A DNA stretch of 64,000 bases from Clostridia bacterium (GCA_017444895.1 JAFSVR010000005.1:1546-65545); one strand, 5' to 3'; shown: positions 43,793 to 54,801, counted from the first letter of the stretch. The notes: a model not told the origin generated them from the letters alone. A program made the numbers and translations.

Positions 43793-45655
43793 TTGAAAAA
43801 GAAAATTATTGCTCTTATAATTTGCCTATGTATGTGTTTTTCAACCTTTGCTGGTTGTTCTTTGCTGACAAATAACACGGCTTATTCAGATAATTCTGTT
43901 ATTGCTAAAATTGGCAATGTAAACATAACATATAGCGAACTTCTTGAGAAATATAACACTTATAGCCAGTATTTTGCTTACTATGATGAAGATGTTGTTA
44001 TGAAAGTTATTTATGATGAACTTTATCTTAGCAAGATTCAAGAACTTGAAGCTGAAAAGGTTGTTGTTTTAACACAAGAAGATGAAGATGAAATTTGGGA
44101 AGATGTCTTTGAGGCCGTTATCAGTGAGATTGATGGCTATGAGAAAACATATATAGAGAACGCTGGAAAAACTGTTCCAGAAAGGCTCAGCTCAAATAGT
44201 GAAGAAACAACAACAAAGAAATATGAAGAATATGAGTTCAAACTCACAACTCCAATAACATATGATGAGGTGGCAGGCGCTGCACAATCAGATGTTGATG
44301 CAAAGATTGTTGAACTTAAAAACAAAATTTATGATGGCGTTGGAGAATTCCTTTCATATCGCACAAAGGCTTATGATAAATATGTTGCAACCTTGATGTA
44401 TAATTATAAACTTGATGGAACAACCCTTAATGCAGCAGGGGCGTTGAAGAAAAAAGTTGAAGAACTTTATGCGGAAAATCGCAAGAGTAAGATGTCTTCA
44501 CTTTATAAGGAATACATTGAATCAAGAGTGTTTGCAGGCTTAACAAGCGGAACAACGCTCGATGCACAAATTGCAGACGCTGCAATGGCGCAAGCAATTT
44601 TGGATAAATATAATGCATTGCTTAATGAAAGCAAGCAAAAGTATTCAAACGAAGATAACTACGCAGAAGTTATATTCTCAACCTCAAACGCAGACTTGGT
44701 TTTGTATCATTATGATGGGGCATACTACTATTTCACAGTTCAACATATTTTGGCTAAGTTTGATGATGAAATCGTTAACCTTCTTAAGCAATATGAGGGC
44801 TATGATAAAAACAAAGACTATATGTTCAGGCAAGAGTATATTGAGGCAAGGCTAGGATATGCTCAAGACGGGCTTGGAAACTATATTGTTGAAACATCTT
44901 ATAGAGATGAAGATGGCAACACTGTTCAAGTTCAAAAGATTGAAGCAGGCAATCCGGTTTGGGAAACCGATGAAAATGGCGAAGATGTTCTTAATGAAGA
45001 TGGCGAAAAAATCCCTGTTATGGTTGATGATAAAATAACATTGCAAGAGATTTATGACCAGTTTGTTAGTGCAAGAGCAACGGCGCTTGCTGATGCCGAA
45101 GCAGAAAAAGGCTCAGCCTTAACTGATAACGAAAAAGCTCATATTTCAAATGAACTCTTCACTAAGTATGTTTATATGTATACAGGTGATGATGCTTCGC
45201 TTGGAAGCGGAAAAATGATAGATAAACTTGGCTATGCCGGAACCACTGATGAAGATGAGGATGGCGGGCTGATGAGCGAATTTGCTGACAAGGCAAGGGA
45301 TTTATATAACGACTATCTGAGTGGAAGATATATTGGTGAAACAATAGATTTTGCGGTTACTGACTATGGCGTTCATATGATGATTCTATCAAATGTTTTT
45401 GAACAAGGTGCATTTGTTGATGTTTCAGGAGCAAGCAATGCAACAGAGGCTTGCGAGGCATTAAGCAACAAGCTGGTTTCAACTGGAAGTTCTCAAACAG
45501 TTTTGCAATTTGTTTATGAGAAACTTGTTGAAGATAAAACCAACAACTATTTCACAAATTCTCTTTATGAAATTTTGACGAATTTGCAAGAGAATGGGCA
45601 ATTCAAAGAAATTTCAAGACCAACGCATGATGATCTTAAGGCTAGCACAAAATAA
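43793..45655 (+). CDS. Lipoprotein, SurA-N/PrsA-like putative foldase (call uncertain)
   Basis: TTG 43793 lies 7 nt after GGAGGA. Lipobox FAGC. The position after mfd matches Clostridia. The N-terminal ITYSELLEKYN-type segment is present, and the C-terminal DYGVHMMIL resembles a degenerate parvulin strand. Confidence 0.5.
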   Translation: MKKKIIALIICLCMCFSTFAGCSLLTNNTAYSDNSVIAKIGNVNITYSELLEKYNTYSQYFAYYDEDVVMKVIYDELYLSKIQELEAEKVVVLTQEDEDEIWEDVFEAVISEIDGYEKTYIENAGKTVPERLSSNSEETTTKKYEEYEFKLTTPITYDEVAGAAQSDVDAKIVELKNKIYDGVGEFLSYRTKAYDKYVATLMYNYKLDGTTLNAAGALKKKVEELYAENRKSKMSSLYKEYIESRVFAGLTSGTTLDAQIADAAMAQAILDKYNALLNESKQKYSNEDNYAEVIFSTSNADLVLYHYDGAYYYFTVQHILAKFDDEIVNLLKQYEGYDKNKDYMFRQEYIEARLGYAQDGLGNYIVETSYRDEDGNTVQVQKIEAGNPVWETDENGEDVLNEDGEKIPVMVDDKITLQEIYDQFVSARATALADAEAEKGSALTDNEKAHISNELFTKYVYMYTGDDASLGSGKMIDKLGYAGTTDEDEDGGLMSEFADKARDLYNDYLSGRYIGETIDFAVTDYGVHMMILSNVFEQGAFVDVSGASNATEACEALSNKLVSTGSSQTVLQFVYEKLVEDKTNNYFTNSLYEILTNLQENGQFKEISRPTHDDLKASTK

Positions 45656-45657
45656 AT

Positions 45658-45688
45658 AAAACACCCAGCAGGGTGTTTTTTTGTTTTT
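45658..45688 (+). terminator. Terminator
   Basis: AAACACCC-AGCA-GGGTGTTT followed by T7. Confidence 0.8.
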
Positions 45689-45805
45689 GGAAGCAAGACC
45701 TATGCGTGATAGAATACGCCAAATATTCTGAAGGAAACGGCGTTAGTTGACAAGAGGTTGTTGGGATAAATTTGAGTTTAGTTGATAATTTTGGAAAAGA
45801 TTTAA

Positions 45806-45835
45806 TTGACAGTTTCAAGGGGCGTGGTGTAAACT
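45806..45835 (+). promoter_or_regulatory. Promoter TTGACA-18-TAAACT, 8 nt upstream of ATG 45844 (leaderless candidate)
   Basis: -35 at 45806-45811 and -10 at 45830-45835. AATAATAT and then the ATG follow. No SD. Confidence 0.45.
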
Positions 45836-45843
45836 AATAATAT

Positions 45844-47238
45844 ATGAGCAAAAAAGCAAAACAAGAGAAACTTTCTGCTCCAAAAGAAGTGATGGAAGAA
45901 GAAAACATAACGCTGGAACAAACATCTGGCGTTGTTTTGCCTGAGGAAAATTCGAAAGAAGATGGCCCTGCTAAAATACAAGAATTTGTTACAAATGAAA
46001 CGGGCGAAAAGCTTGATGTTTCTGGCGCACTTCTTAACACAGACATTGCTCTTGAAAGGCTTGAAGAGGCTGAACGCTCAGCCGAACCAAAAAAGAAAAA
46101 GAAAAGTGCAATTTGGAATATAGTTTTCTTTGCAATCAACATTTTGTTTATGTTCTTTGTTGTGAGGAGCTTGCTAAAAGAAACAACGGGTTCATCACTT
46201 GGCGAAGTTGTTGCACAACAGGGAACACAACTATATTGGTTGTTTGGGGCTTTTGGTTGCTTTTTGTTAATATATGTTTGTAATGCATTGTCGCTCAGCA
46301 TTTTTGTTAAAAATAGCACGGGGAAACGCCATTTTTTAACGTGTATTGATGCAACTATTCGTGGAAAATATTATGATTATGTAACGCCAATGGCAGTTGG
46401 GGGCCAACCTTCACAGATTTTATCTTTGATGCGAGGAGGAATATCCCCTGGTGTTGCAACAAGTATTCCAATTATAAAAATGATTGTTAACCAACTTGTT
46501 AGGTGGTCTTTAATTGTCATTTTGTTTTTCTGCGTTGCTCCACATATTGAAATGGGCTCGGCTATGGGTAGCTTGCTTGGAACGCTTTGCAAAATTTTAG
46601 CAATTGTTGGAATCATAATAACAACCATCATTTCGATAGGTTTTGTTTTCCTTGGAAGTAGCAAGATGGTAGGGCGGCGAATTGGTAAATGGTGGGTTAA
46701 GCTTGGATATAAACTGCGCATTGTTAAGAACTATCGCAAGAGTTATGACAAGTTTATGCGCACTGTTTTTGAATATCAAAGTTCAATTGCATATCTTGCA
46801 AAAAACAAGCCGGTGATGATTAAATCCGTTTTGCTTTCAATGCTTGAATTTATTGCTTGTTCATCAATGTCGTTCTTCACGTCGCTTGCCTTTTCAACCA
46901 ATCCAGAAATTGTGCTTTCAATGGAAAGCTTTTTGCCGGGAATAGTGTTGTGGATAATAAGCATGGCAAGATATCAGGTTGTTGATATGGCTTCAACCAT
47001 TATGATCCTTCCAGGCGGAACGGGGCTTAAAGAGATTTGCTTTCTTATTATGTTTAGTTTCTTCTTTGGAAATTCAAACACTGTTGCGTGGAGTTCCCTT
47101 ACATGGCGTATTTTTGATTATTATCTTTTCCTTGCGGTTGGTTTTGTTTATCTCATTGTCTGTGGGGTTGTTAAACTTGTTAAGAATCAACGAACAAGAA
47201 AACTGCAAAATTCGCCACCGGCAAACAATATTAATTAA
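45844..47238 (+). CDS. Flippase-like / lysylphosphatidylglycerol-synthase TM-domain (UPF0104) family membrane protein with a ~90-aa acidic N-terminal extension
   Basis: Polytopic. The MAVGGQPSQI and LPGGTGLKE motifs resemble the two conserved GG-E/Q loops of the family. Confidence 0.65.
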   Translation: MSKKAKQEKLSAPKEVMEEENITLEQTSGVVLPEENSKEDGPAKIQEFVTNETGEKLDVSGALLNTDIALERLEEAERSAEPKKKKKSAIWNIVFFAINILFMFFVVRSLLKETTGSSLGEVVAQQGTQLYWLFGAFGCFLLIYVCNALSLSIFVKNSTGKRHFLTCIDATIRGKYYDYVTPMAVGGQPSQILSLMRGGISPGVATSIPIIKMIVNQLVRWSLIVILFFCVAPHIEMGSAMGSLLGTLCKILAIVGIIITTIISIGFVFLGSSKMVGRRIGKWWVKLGYKLRIVKNYRKSYDKFMRTVFEYQSSIAYLAKNKPVMIKSVLLSMLEFIACSSMSFFTSLAFSTNPEIVLSMESFLPGIVLWIISMARYQVVDMASTIMILPGGTGLKEICFLIMFSFFFGNSNTVAWSSLTWRIFDYYLFLAVGFVYLIVCGVVKLVKNQRTRKLQNSPPANNIN

Positions 47239-47303
47239 ATTTTCGGCGTTTATTATTCCATAAAAAGTAAATCATCTTTGCAAAAGCAGAGGTGATTTTT
47301 TAT

Positions 47304-47756
47304 ATGAAGAAATTAGTTGTTTTGTTTTTTGCTGTTGTTGCTATTATTTCTCTTATCAGTTTTGCAACGTGTGAAATTGGGGAAGAATATGAAGCAACAA
47401 AAAGTGGGGTGTATGTTAAAAACCAGGAAAACTTGCCATTTGAAAATATGCTTGAATATGGATACGCCACAGAAATTTCAGGTGTTTCAAAGGCGGAGAT
47501 AAAAAAATATATCAAGGAAAATGAAATTGTTGGCGAGTTTTTTGAAGTTGAAAAAAACAAAATTGACTTAAATCAGTTTGCAAAAGATTTTGGACTGGTT
47601 GTTGTTGAAAGAATTGTTGCGGGGGGAACGGAAAATATATATTGCTATTGTGCATTGCTTCCATATCGCATTGAAAACCGAAAGAGCAATTTGCAAATTG
47701 CAATACGAGAAAATGATTTGACCATTGCAACGCCAATAATTATGGGAAGTTTTTAG
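47304..47756 (+). CDS. Hypothetical secreted/anchored small protein (150 aa)
   Basis: ATG 47304 lies 8 nt after AGAGGTGA. The N-terminal signal-like helix is LVVLFFAVVAIISLISFA. Confidence 0.55.
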   Translation: MKKLVVLFFAVVAIISLISFATCEIGEEYEATKSGVYVKNQENLPFENMLEYGYATEISGVSKAEIKKYIKENEIVGEFFEVEKNKIDLNQFAKDFGLVVVERIVAGGTENIYCYCALLPYRIENRKSNLQIAIRENDLTIATPIIMGSF

Positions 47757-47812
47757 GCAAATGGTATAAATCAAAAATTTTAGGCAACATTTGCTAGCAA
47801 GGAGATGATTTT

Positions 47813-48445
47813 ATGAAATTTAAGAAATTTATGAAAAAGTTTAAGGGCTTTGTTTCAAGAAATGCGTATGCCATAGTTGTGAGTTTATGCGTGTTGGTTG
47901 CCTTTTCGGTCATAACGGCAATATCTGTTGCAGATTTATATCGCACTGACACAACTGTTCAAGTTGAAGACCAAACACCACAGCCTGAGCCAGAAGCAAC
48001 TGAAAATGTCCCAGCATCAACATCAACAGTTATAGTTTTTGATTGCCCAGTAAATGATTGCACTGTCAGCAAAGATTATTATGACAATGAACTTGTTGAA
48101 GATAAAACCAGTGGTGTTTGGAAAACTCATCAAGCCATAGATTATATTGGTGCCGAAAATGCAGAGGTTTATAGTGTGTATGATGGAACGGTTGAAAAAG
48201 TTGAAAACACACTGATGGACGGTGTTGTTATAACGATTAAGCACAACAACTCATTAAAATCAATCTATAAGAGTTTGGGAGAAGCATGCGTTAGTGTTGG
48301 AGATAGCGTAAAAAAAGGTGAACAAATTGGCGTTATGGGAACTTCAACAGGTGAGCAGGCGGAGGGTGTGCATCTTCACTTTGAGGTTATGGAGAACGAT
48401 AAGCTTGTTAACCCAAACAAATTTATTGCAACGGCGGGGAAATAG
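47813..48445 (+). CDS. M23 (LytM) family metallopeptidase, N-terminally TM-anchored
   Basis: HQAIDY (HxxxD) and GVHLHFEV (HxH) motifs. One TM helix. Confidence 0.8.
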   Translation: MKFKKFMKKFKGFVSRNAYAIVVSLCVLVAFSVITAISVADLYRTDTTVQVEDQTPQPEPEATENVPASTSTVIVFDCPVNDCTVSKDYYDNELVEDKTSGVWKTHQAIDYIGAENAEVYSVYDGTVEKVENTLMDGVVITIKHNNSLKSIYKSLGEACVSVGDSVKKGEQIGVMGTSTGEQAEGVHLHFEVMENDKLVNPNKFIATAGK

Positions 48446-48459
48446 CCCACGAGACAAGG

Positions 48460-48483
48460 AGCGTAGAAATACGCTTTTTTGTT
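48460..48483 (+). terminator. Terminator
   Basis: AGCGTA-GAAA-TACGCT followed by T6. Confidence 0.7.
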
Positions 48484-48540
48484 TGCAAAAAATTTTGCAG
48501 ATGATTATACTATTTATAGATAAGCAAAATGAGGGATGAT

Positions 48541-49950
48541 ATGAGAAAAACAAAAATTATTGCAACAATGGGGCCAGCGTGTTCAACGGAACAAGAACTT
48601 GAAAAGATGGTTAAAAGCGGGCTTAATGTTGCAAGGTTTAACATGAGCCATGGCGACCATAACTCACACAAGGTTTTGATTGATGTTGTTAAGAAGGTGC
48701 GGGATAAACTCGGCGTTTCTCTTCCAATTGTGATTGACACTCGTGGCCCAGAAATTCGTATTAAGCAATTCGAAAACGGAAGCGTTGAGCTCAGGCAAAA
48801 AACAAGGTTTATCCTAACAACTAAGAGTGTTCTAGGGAATGAAGATTGTGTTGCCGTTAACTATCGCAAACTTCCTCAGATAGTTGGGAAGGGAACAAAA
48901 ATTTTGATTGCAGATGGGCTCATTGAGCTTCGTGTTTTGGATAAAAACGACACAGATATTTTGTGTGAAGTTGTTGTTGGTGGTAAGCTTTCAAACAACA
49001 AAAGCATAAATATTCCTGGCGTTAAACTTGATTTGCCATATCTAAGCGATATTGACAAGGGGGATTTAACCTTTGCTGTTCAGCAAGGAGCACAATTTGT
49101 TGCAATAAGTTTTGTTTCTAACGCAAATGATGTTAAAACTGTTAGGAACTATTTGAAACTTATTGATGGGGAAAGATTAAAAATCATAAGCAAGATAGAA
49201 AACCAAGATGGGGTGGATAATATTGACGCAATCATTGAGGCGAGCGATGGCATCATGGTTGCGCGCGGAGATTTGGGGGTTGAAGTTCCATTTGAAAGAA
49301 TTCCCGAAATCCAAAAAACAATCATACGCAAATGTAATGAGGCTGGCAAACTTGTTATAACCGCAACTGAGATGCTGGAATCAATGATAACAAACACTCG
49401 TCCAACACGTGCTGAAATAAGTGATGTTGCCAATGCAATACTTGATGGAACAGATGCTATCATGCTTTCTGGGGAAACTAGTGTTGGCGCTCATCCTGCT
49501 CTTGTTGTTTCAGTTATGGCGAAAATTGCTGAAATGGCAGAAATTGGCAAGGTGGGGCATATAGACTATTCCTCTTTTGAGGCCGTTAAGGGTGATCTCA
49601 CTGCCAGCGTTGCGTTTGGTGCCTGCGCTCTTGCTTCTGCAAGCAATGCAAAAGCGATAATCGCCGTAACAAAATCTGGCGTAACTGCAATGCAGATAAG
49701 CCGTTTCAAACCAGTGGCTCCTCTTTTGGGTTGCACTCCTGATGAATTTGTTTTCCACACGCTTGGTGCGTATTATGGCGTTATGCCTATCAAACAAGCA
49801 AAAACTGATTCAATTGATAAACTGCTTGTTCAAGCGCGTTCTGTTGCTTGCGAGGCGGGGCTTGTTAAAAAGGGCGATCTTGTTGTTCAAACCGCCGGCA
49901 AAGAAATCAATATGTCTGGAAGCAATATGCTAATTCTTAATTATATTTAG
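48541..49950 (+). CDS. pyk: Pyruvate kinase
   Basis: MRKTKIIATMGPA, NMSHG, MVARGDLGVE and MLSGET motifs. GAGGGA lies upstream of ATG 48541. Confidence 0.95.
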   Translation: MRKTKIIATMGPACSTEQELEKMVKSGLNVARFNMSHGDHNSHKVLIDVVKKVRDKLGVSLPIVIDTRGPEIRIKQFENGSVELRQKTRFILTTKSVLGNEDCVAVNYRKLPQIVGKGTKILIADGLIELRVLDKNDTDILCEVVVGGKLSNNKSINIPGVKLDLPYLSDIDKGDLTFAVQQGAQFVAISFVSNANDVKTVRNYLKLIDGERLKIISKIENQDGVDNIDAIIEASDGIMVARGDLGVEVPFERIPEIQKTIIRKCNEAGKLVITATEMLESMITNTRPTRAEISDVANAILDGTDAIMLSGETSVGAHPALVVSVMAKIAEMAEIGKVGHIDYSSFEAVKGDLTASVAFGACALASASNAKAIIAVTKSGVTAMQISRFKPVAPLLGCTPDEFVFHTLGAYYGVMPIKQAKTDSIDKLLVQARSVACEAGLVKKGDLVVQTAGKEINMSGSNMLILNYI

Positions 49951-49960
49951 AAACAAAAAT

Positions 49961-49989
49961 AAAAGCCTTGAAGTGTTCAAGGCTTTTTT
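49961..49989. terminator. Bidirectional terminator
   Basis: AAAAGCCTTGAA-GTG-TTCAAGGCTTTT, a 12-bp perfect stem. Confidence 0.85.
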
Positions 49990-49990
49990 A

Positions 49991-50710
49991 TTATGGTTTG
50001 TTTTTATCCCAAAGGTTGTTGCGTTCGGGGTGTGTTATTGCATGAGGAATGTTGATTATGCTTGTTTCAACCTCGGTGTTAATTTGTTTTAAGAGGTTTT
50101 TAACGTATTCTCTTTGTGTGTGCTTGTCTGCGGGGCAGGTGTTCTTAACAACAGGGAGATGCTTGCTGTTTCCAATTATTTCTCCTTCGGTTATATATAA
50201 TAGTGGGCGTATGATTGTTTCACCCGTGCGTGTCATTTCGGTTTTTGGGGAGAATGTTGAAAGGCGCCCTTCATAAATAAGGCTGAGCATGAAGGTTTCA
50301 GTTAAATCATTTTGGTGGTGTCCAAGCGCAATCTTATTCGCCCCGTATTTTTTAGCTGTTGTGCAGAGAGCTCCTCTTCTCATTTTTGCGCATAGTGAAC
50401 AAGGGTTTTTCTCTTTCCTGACATCAAATATGATTGGAAAAATCTCGGTTTGTTCAATATAGTATGGAACGTCAATTGCTTTGCAATATTCTGCAACCTT
50501 AGAAAAATCCATGTCTTTTGCGCCAGGATGGATGGTGATGGCAATGAGTTTGAAGTTGACGTCTGCATATTTTCTATATGCGCTTAATGCTTCAAGCAGA
50601 AAAAGGCTGTCTTTTCCGCCTGACACGCCAACAGCAACGGTGTCGCCATTTTCAATAAGGTTGAACTCTTTAATGGCTTTAACAACTTTTGAAAGTAATT
50701 TTTGAGTCAT
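49991..50710 (-). CDS. ttcA: PP-loop ATPase, tRNA 2-thiocytidine synthetase TtcA-like
   Basis: GVSGGKDS PP-loop and CSLCAKMRRG Cys motif. ATG 50710 has GGAGA upstream. Confidence 0.8.
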   Translation of the reverse strand: MTQKLLSKVVKAIKEFNLIENGDTVAVGVSGGKDSLFLLEALSAYRKYADVNFKLIAITIHPGAKDMDFSKVAEYCKAIDVPYYIEQTEIFPIIFDVRKEKNPCSLCAKMRRGALCTTAKKYGANKIALGHHQNDLTETFMLSLIYEGRLSTFSPKTEMTRTGETIIRPLLYITEGEIIGNSKHLPVVKNTCPADKHTQREYVKNLLKQINTEVETSIINIPHAITHPERNNLWDKNKP

Positions 50711-50903
50711 ATTTTTTCTCCATGCCAAAGTGTAAACTATTTTAAGAAATTTTTCAAGGCTTTTTTGGTTATATTTTGTTTGACATCTTGCAAATGATGA
50801 ATATATAATAATATTGAAATTCTGTATTTATTTGCGCTTATCAGATAATGCTTAATATTTTGACAGAAAAATGCGCAAGATAGATAAAACAAAAAGGGAA
50901 CCG

Positions 50904-51971
50904 ATGAAAAAACTTATTAGTTGTTTATGCATTATGTTTGTTTGTGTTTTTGCTATGGTAGGGTGTGGGGTTGCCGGCTCAGACACTCTAGTTTCTATTG
51001 AGTTTTCAAAACCGGTTTTCTATGTTGATGAAAATTGCCCAACAAAACTTGAATATAAAGTGTATCCTTCAACCGCCAAGAATTATGATGTTGTTTACAC
51101 AACATCTAGCCAAACCATTGGTGAACTTACTGGTGGGATTATAACTGTTGATGAGATATTCAGCAGTGTTAAGATTAATATACAATCAGGCAATAAGACT
51201 GATTCTTGTTATGTTTTAAGAAAGATTTATCCTTCAGTTGAAACGGGCTCGCTAAACAAACCGCTTTCAATTGCTCATCCAAGCCTCGATAATGGGGAAA
51301 TGGTTTTAACAAAAGATGCTGAAACAAGCCTTGGGATATATGCAACATTTTCTCAGGAATGGCAATATGATGCAGTAAATGAAACATATAACCTTGCTAG
51401 CATCAGTGAAACAACAAAACTGTTGGATTATTCAATATATAAGATCAGAGTAACGAGTTCTGATCCAAGTGTTGTTTATGTTCCAGATGCTTCAAGGCCT
51501 GGAATTTGCGGGGTTGGCAGGGGTTCTGCAGAGGTAACTGTTGAACTCGTTAATGATAATGGGGTTGCCCAGAATATCAGTGCAAGCATAACTGTTGAAG
51601 TTGTTAATCCTGTTGACGAAATAAGGTTTTATGACGTAAGCGAAGGCGCTTTCATTTCACCAACAACAAACAGAATAACCAATAAAACAGGAACAAAAAC
51701 ATACTATGTTTTCTTGTTTGATAAAGATGGCGTTGCTATTGATTCTGTGGGGGCGCTTAAAGGTGTTGGAATCAGCATCATTTCTGAAGAAAACAGATTG
51801 AGCGTTGAGGGGGATAAGGCCGTAAACGAAGATCTTTTGGGCGATTTAACAGGCCTTAGTTTCCAGATTACTTATGATGCGATACCTGGTTCAGCCGATA
51901 AGATAATAGTATACTGCGACTATTTATTAACCTCAGCCGGCAAACAATTATATAGGGTTATTGGGTTCTAA
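50904..51971 (+). CDS. Lipoprotein with a bacterial Ig-like (BIG2-type) segment
   Basis: Lipobox AMVGC. VTSSDPSVVYVPD..G.GRGSAEVTVEL resembles Big_2. Confidence 0.6.
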   Translation: MKKLISCLCIMFVCVFAMVGCGVAGSDTLVSIEFSKPVFYVDENCPTKLEYKVYPSTAKNYDVVYTTSSQTIGELTGGIITVDEIFSSVKINIQSGNKTDSCYVLRKIYPSVETGSLNKPLSIAHPSLDNGEMVLTKDAETSLGIYATFSQEWQYDAVNETYNLASISETTKLLDYSIYKIRVTSSDPSVVYVPDASRPGICGVGRGSAEVTVELVNDNGVAQNISASITVEVVNPVDEIRFYDVSEGAFISPTTNRITNKTGTKTYYVFLFDKDGVAIDSVGALKGVGISIISEENRLSVEGDKAVNEDLLGDLTGLSFQITYDAIPGSADKIIVYCDYLLTSAGKQLYRVIGF

Positions 51972-52185
51972 ATACGGCGTTTTAGAGGAGGGGCGGAGCC
52001 CTTTTTCTTTTTGCTTGGGGCTGACCATGAAAAGCAAAATATTTTTTAAGGCAGAACTTGCGTTTTTTTGACACAATTTGCTTAAGATGTAATTGTTTTT
52101 AGCCCAAAAAATGCAAAAACGGCAAAAAACGAGGGTTGTAGAGGTATAAAAACTATAAAAAATATGTTAAAATTCCACTGCGCTA

Positions 52186-52214
52186 TTGACATTAATCTTC
52201 ATTTGGAGTATAAT
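52186..52214 (+). promoter_or_regulatory. Perfect consensus promoter TTGACA-17-TATAAT
   Basis: -35 at 52186-52191 and -10 at 52209-52214. The 57-nt leader carries a direct repeat AAGTGAAA (52221-52228 and 52240-52247) and the SD AAGGAG. Confidence 0.7.
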
Positions 52215-52271
52215 CTAGGCAAGTGAAATGCTAATATATAAGTGAAAATTTATATTAATAAGGAGTTTTCT

Positions 52272-54788
52272 ATGAAAAATAGCGTTATAGTATCAATCAT
52301 TTTGAGTGTTGTTCTCACATTAACACTCGCAATCTCCACACTTGCAAGCGTTCTTGGGCCAGGAAAGCCAGAGGTTCCTAATGTTTATTTAGCATATAGA
52401 ACCAATGATGAATGCGTGGAGTTAAAAGAATATAAGGAAATAACTTTCGGGTTTGACACCCTAGATGCTGAAGCAGTTATCACTTATGATGCTGAAACTC
52501 AAAAATACACTGCATCTAAGGCAACAGAAGCCCCAATCACCGCAACTGCAAAAGATGATGCAGGCAAGAACTACAATTTAACAATTGAAATTTTTGCACA
52601 AGGTGATGGTTCTTCTGCAGAAACCCCTTGGGTTGTTGCAAATGCAAACCACATTGTTGAGCTCAGCGATCTTATCAACGATGATGATGCAACAAATGAT
52701 CCTGCGTTTGTTGAACTTAAAGCTGATGTTAACATGGCTAAAGTAGCAGACTTTATTCCAATTGGAAATGACAACCACAGATATGCTGGAACATTCAACG
52801 GAAATGGTAAAACTATTTCTAACCTTACAATCAATGTAACAAAAGACAATGTTGCTAATTATCTTGTTAAAGTTGATGACAGTGGAACAGATCGTGGAAG
52901 CGTTGAGCTTGGCTTGTTCGGATGCGCAGATGGTGCAACAATTAAGAACGTTGCAATGGATAGAGCATATATTGCGATCGCTGAAGATGTTAAGACATTA
53001 AGTTCTGAGGAGCTTGCGGCACTTGAAGTTGCAAACCTTCAAAGAGTTTCAGTTGGTGCTTTGGTTGCTGATGCTGTTAGCACTCAAATCATTGCTGAAA
53101 ACAACGAAACAATCAATGCAACTCTTAAAGGATACTCATTCAGCGACAGAACTGTTGGCCTATGGTCAAATGGTGTTGGTGGAGTTGCTGGAAGTGCAAC
53201 CTATGGCACAACTATTTCAGGATATGCTGTTAGTGCTTATACAGATGCTCGTGCTGCATATGATGTAAACAACTATGATGGGGCATACTATGCCGGCGTT
53301 GTAGGCTACACATATGGAACTTCTACAGAAAAGGTTATTATTCAAAATGTTGAAGTAACACTTACTGGTGATGTTAACTATGTTGGTCATGAATATATTG
53401 GTGGTGTTGTTGCTTATGCTCACGCATACACCGATGTTGATAGTGTTAATGTTAAAGGCATTGGCCTTGCAGGAAGCGAAAGATTTGCAGACATTGTTTC
53501 TCAGGCTGCTGAGATTGAAGCAAAAGGCGCAAACATTGGTGGCGTTGCTGAATATCTTGCTCCAACATCAACATTAACAAATGCTCAAGTTTCAAATGCA
53601 TCTATTGATGTTAAGGCAAGTGTTGGTGGTGTTGTTTGCACAAACAATGGTGGAACAATATCAAACGCAACATTCAGTGGAAACATCGTTGCTGCAAAAG
53701 CAGCTGGTGTTGCTCTTCAAAATATCAATAATGGTAGAATTGAATACACTGCAGAATTTGCAGGGTTAGCTGTTAACGGAAGCGTTAAAGGTGTTTATGC
53801 AGCTGGTCTTGTTGGAAAGAACACTGCTGGTGCAGTTGTAACAGCTGATAGCGAAAACAAGGCAACTGTTAACGTTGTTGTTAAGAGCCCATCAGGATCT
53901 GCTGTTGAACCTGAAGCAATCTTAGACGAAGCATACACTGCTGGTCTTGCATGGAATAACGAAGGAACAATTGAGAACCTCAGAGTAACAGCCACTGTTG
54001 CCGATGGAATCAATATGGCTGGTCTTGTTAACACACTTGGTGGGGTGCTTCAAAACGTTGAGGCAAATGTTGCGATAACAAGCTATAACACAAAAACAAA
54101 CAGCACAACATATTCAATTGCTGGTGCTGTTGGTGAAGCTAAGAGTGGCGCAGAAGTTAAGAACAACGTTCTTGTTGTTAATGTTAACAAAAACGCTCTT
54201 TCAGATCATAAATATGGAGCTGCCGTTATTGGCGGACTTGTTGGACAAGTTTCTGCAGATGACGTTGCTATAACAGGAAACACTGTTTCAGGCTCAATCT
54301 TTGCAAACTATGCAAAATATCTTAGAACATTAACAATTGGTGAAAACGATTATAGTGTTAACACCATTAACGTTGGTGGATTGGTTGCTGTTATTGCTGA
54401 TGGGGATCAATATAACACCCTTGCTGTTTCAGCATTGAACATCTCAGATAACACAGTTTCAGACTTGGTTATTGATGTTAACTATAATGCAGATAATATT
54501 CCTCTTGTTAAGAATTTAGATGAGAGCCTTAACTCAACACTAATTAAGTTCAGAAACATTGGATACACTGTTGGCTTGGTTAGCGCAACTGGTTCATTAG
54601 ATCTTTCAAATAACGAATTAACAAATGTTACTGTTAGAGCTTATAAGAAAGCGTTTACAACCAACAACATTGAAAATACTGAATACACCAGATATCCAAA
54701 CGCATATTCATACAATAAGAATGGTGGAGTTGATGTAACAGATGTTGCAGACAAAACAACCGCAACTTTTGTTGCTTATGATGACTAA
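52272..54788 (+). CDS. Large (838 aa) N-terminally anchored surface protein rich in A/G/V/N/T with GLUG-like repeats
   Basis: N-terminal TM/signal helix. GG(L/V)(V/A)G motifs recur (IGGLVGQV, AAGLVGKN, VGGLVAVI, GGVAGSA ...). No LPXTG was recognised. Confidence 0.6.
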   Translation: MKNSVIVSIILSVVLTLTLAISTLASVLGPGKPEVPNVYLAYRTNDECVELKEYKEITFGFDTLDAEAVITYDAETQKYTASKATEAPITATAKDDAGKNYNLTIEIFAQGDGSSAETPWVVANANHIVELSDLINDDDATNDPAFVELKADVNMAKVADFIPIGNDNHRYAGTFNGNGKTISNLTINVTKDNVANYLVKVDDSGTDRGSVELGLFGCADGATIKNVAMDRAYIAIAEDVKTLSSEELAALEVANLQRVSVGALVADAVSTQIIAENNETINATLKGYSFSDRTVGLWSNGVGGVAGSATYGTTISGYAVSAYTDARAAYDVNNYDGAYYAGVVGYTYGTSTEKVIIQNVEVTLTGDVNYVGHEYIGGVVAYAHAYTDVDSVNVKGIGLAGSERFADIVSQAAEIEAKGANIGGVAEYLAPTSTLTNAQVSNASIDVKASVGGVVCTNNGGTISNATFSGNIVAAKAAGVALQNINNGRIEYTAEFAGLAVNGSVKGVYAAGLVGKNTAGAVVTADSENKATVNVVVKSPSGSAVEPEAILDEAYTAGLAWNNEGTIENLRVTATVADGINMAGLVNTLGGVLQNVEANVAITSYNTKTNSTTYSIAGAVGEAKSGAEVKNNVLVVNVNKNALSDHKYGAAVIGGLVGQVSADDVAITGNTVSGSIFANYAKYLRTLTIGENDYSVNTINVGGLVAVIADGDQYNTLAVSALNISDNTVSDLVIDVNYNADNIPLVKNLDESLNSTLIKFRNIGYTVGLVSATGSLDLSNNELTNVTVRAYKKAFTTNNIENTEYTRYPNAYSYNKNGGVDVTDVADKTTATFVAYDD

Positions 54789-54801
54789 TTAGAATAATAA
54801 G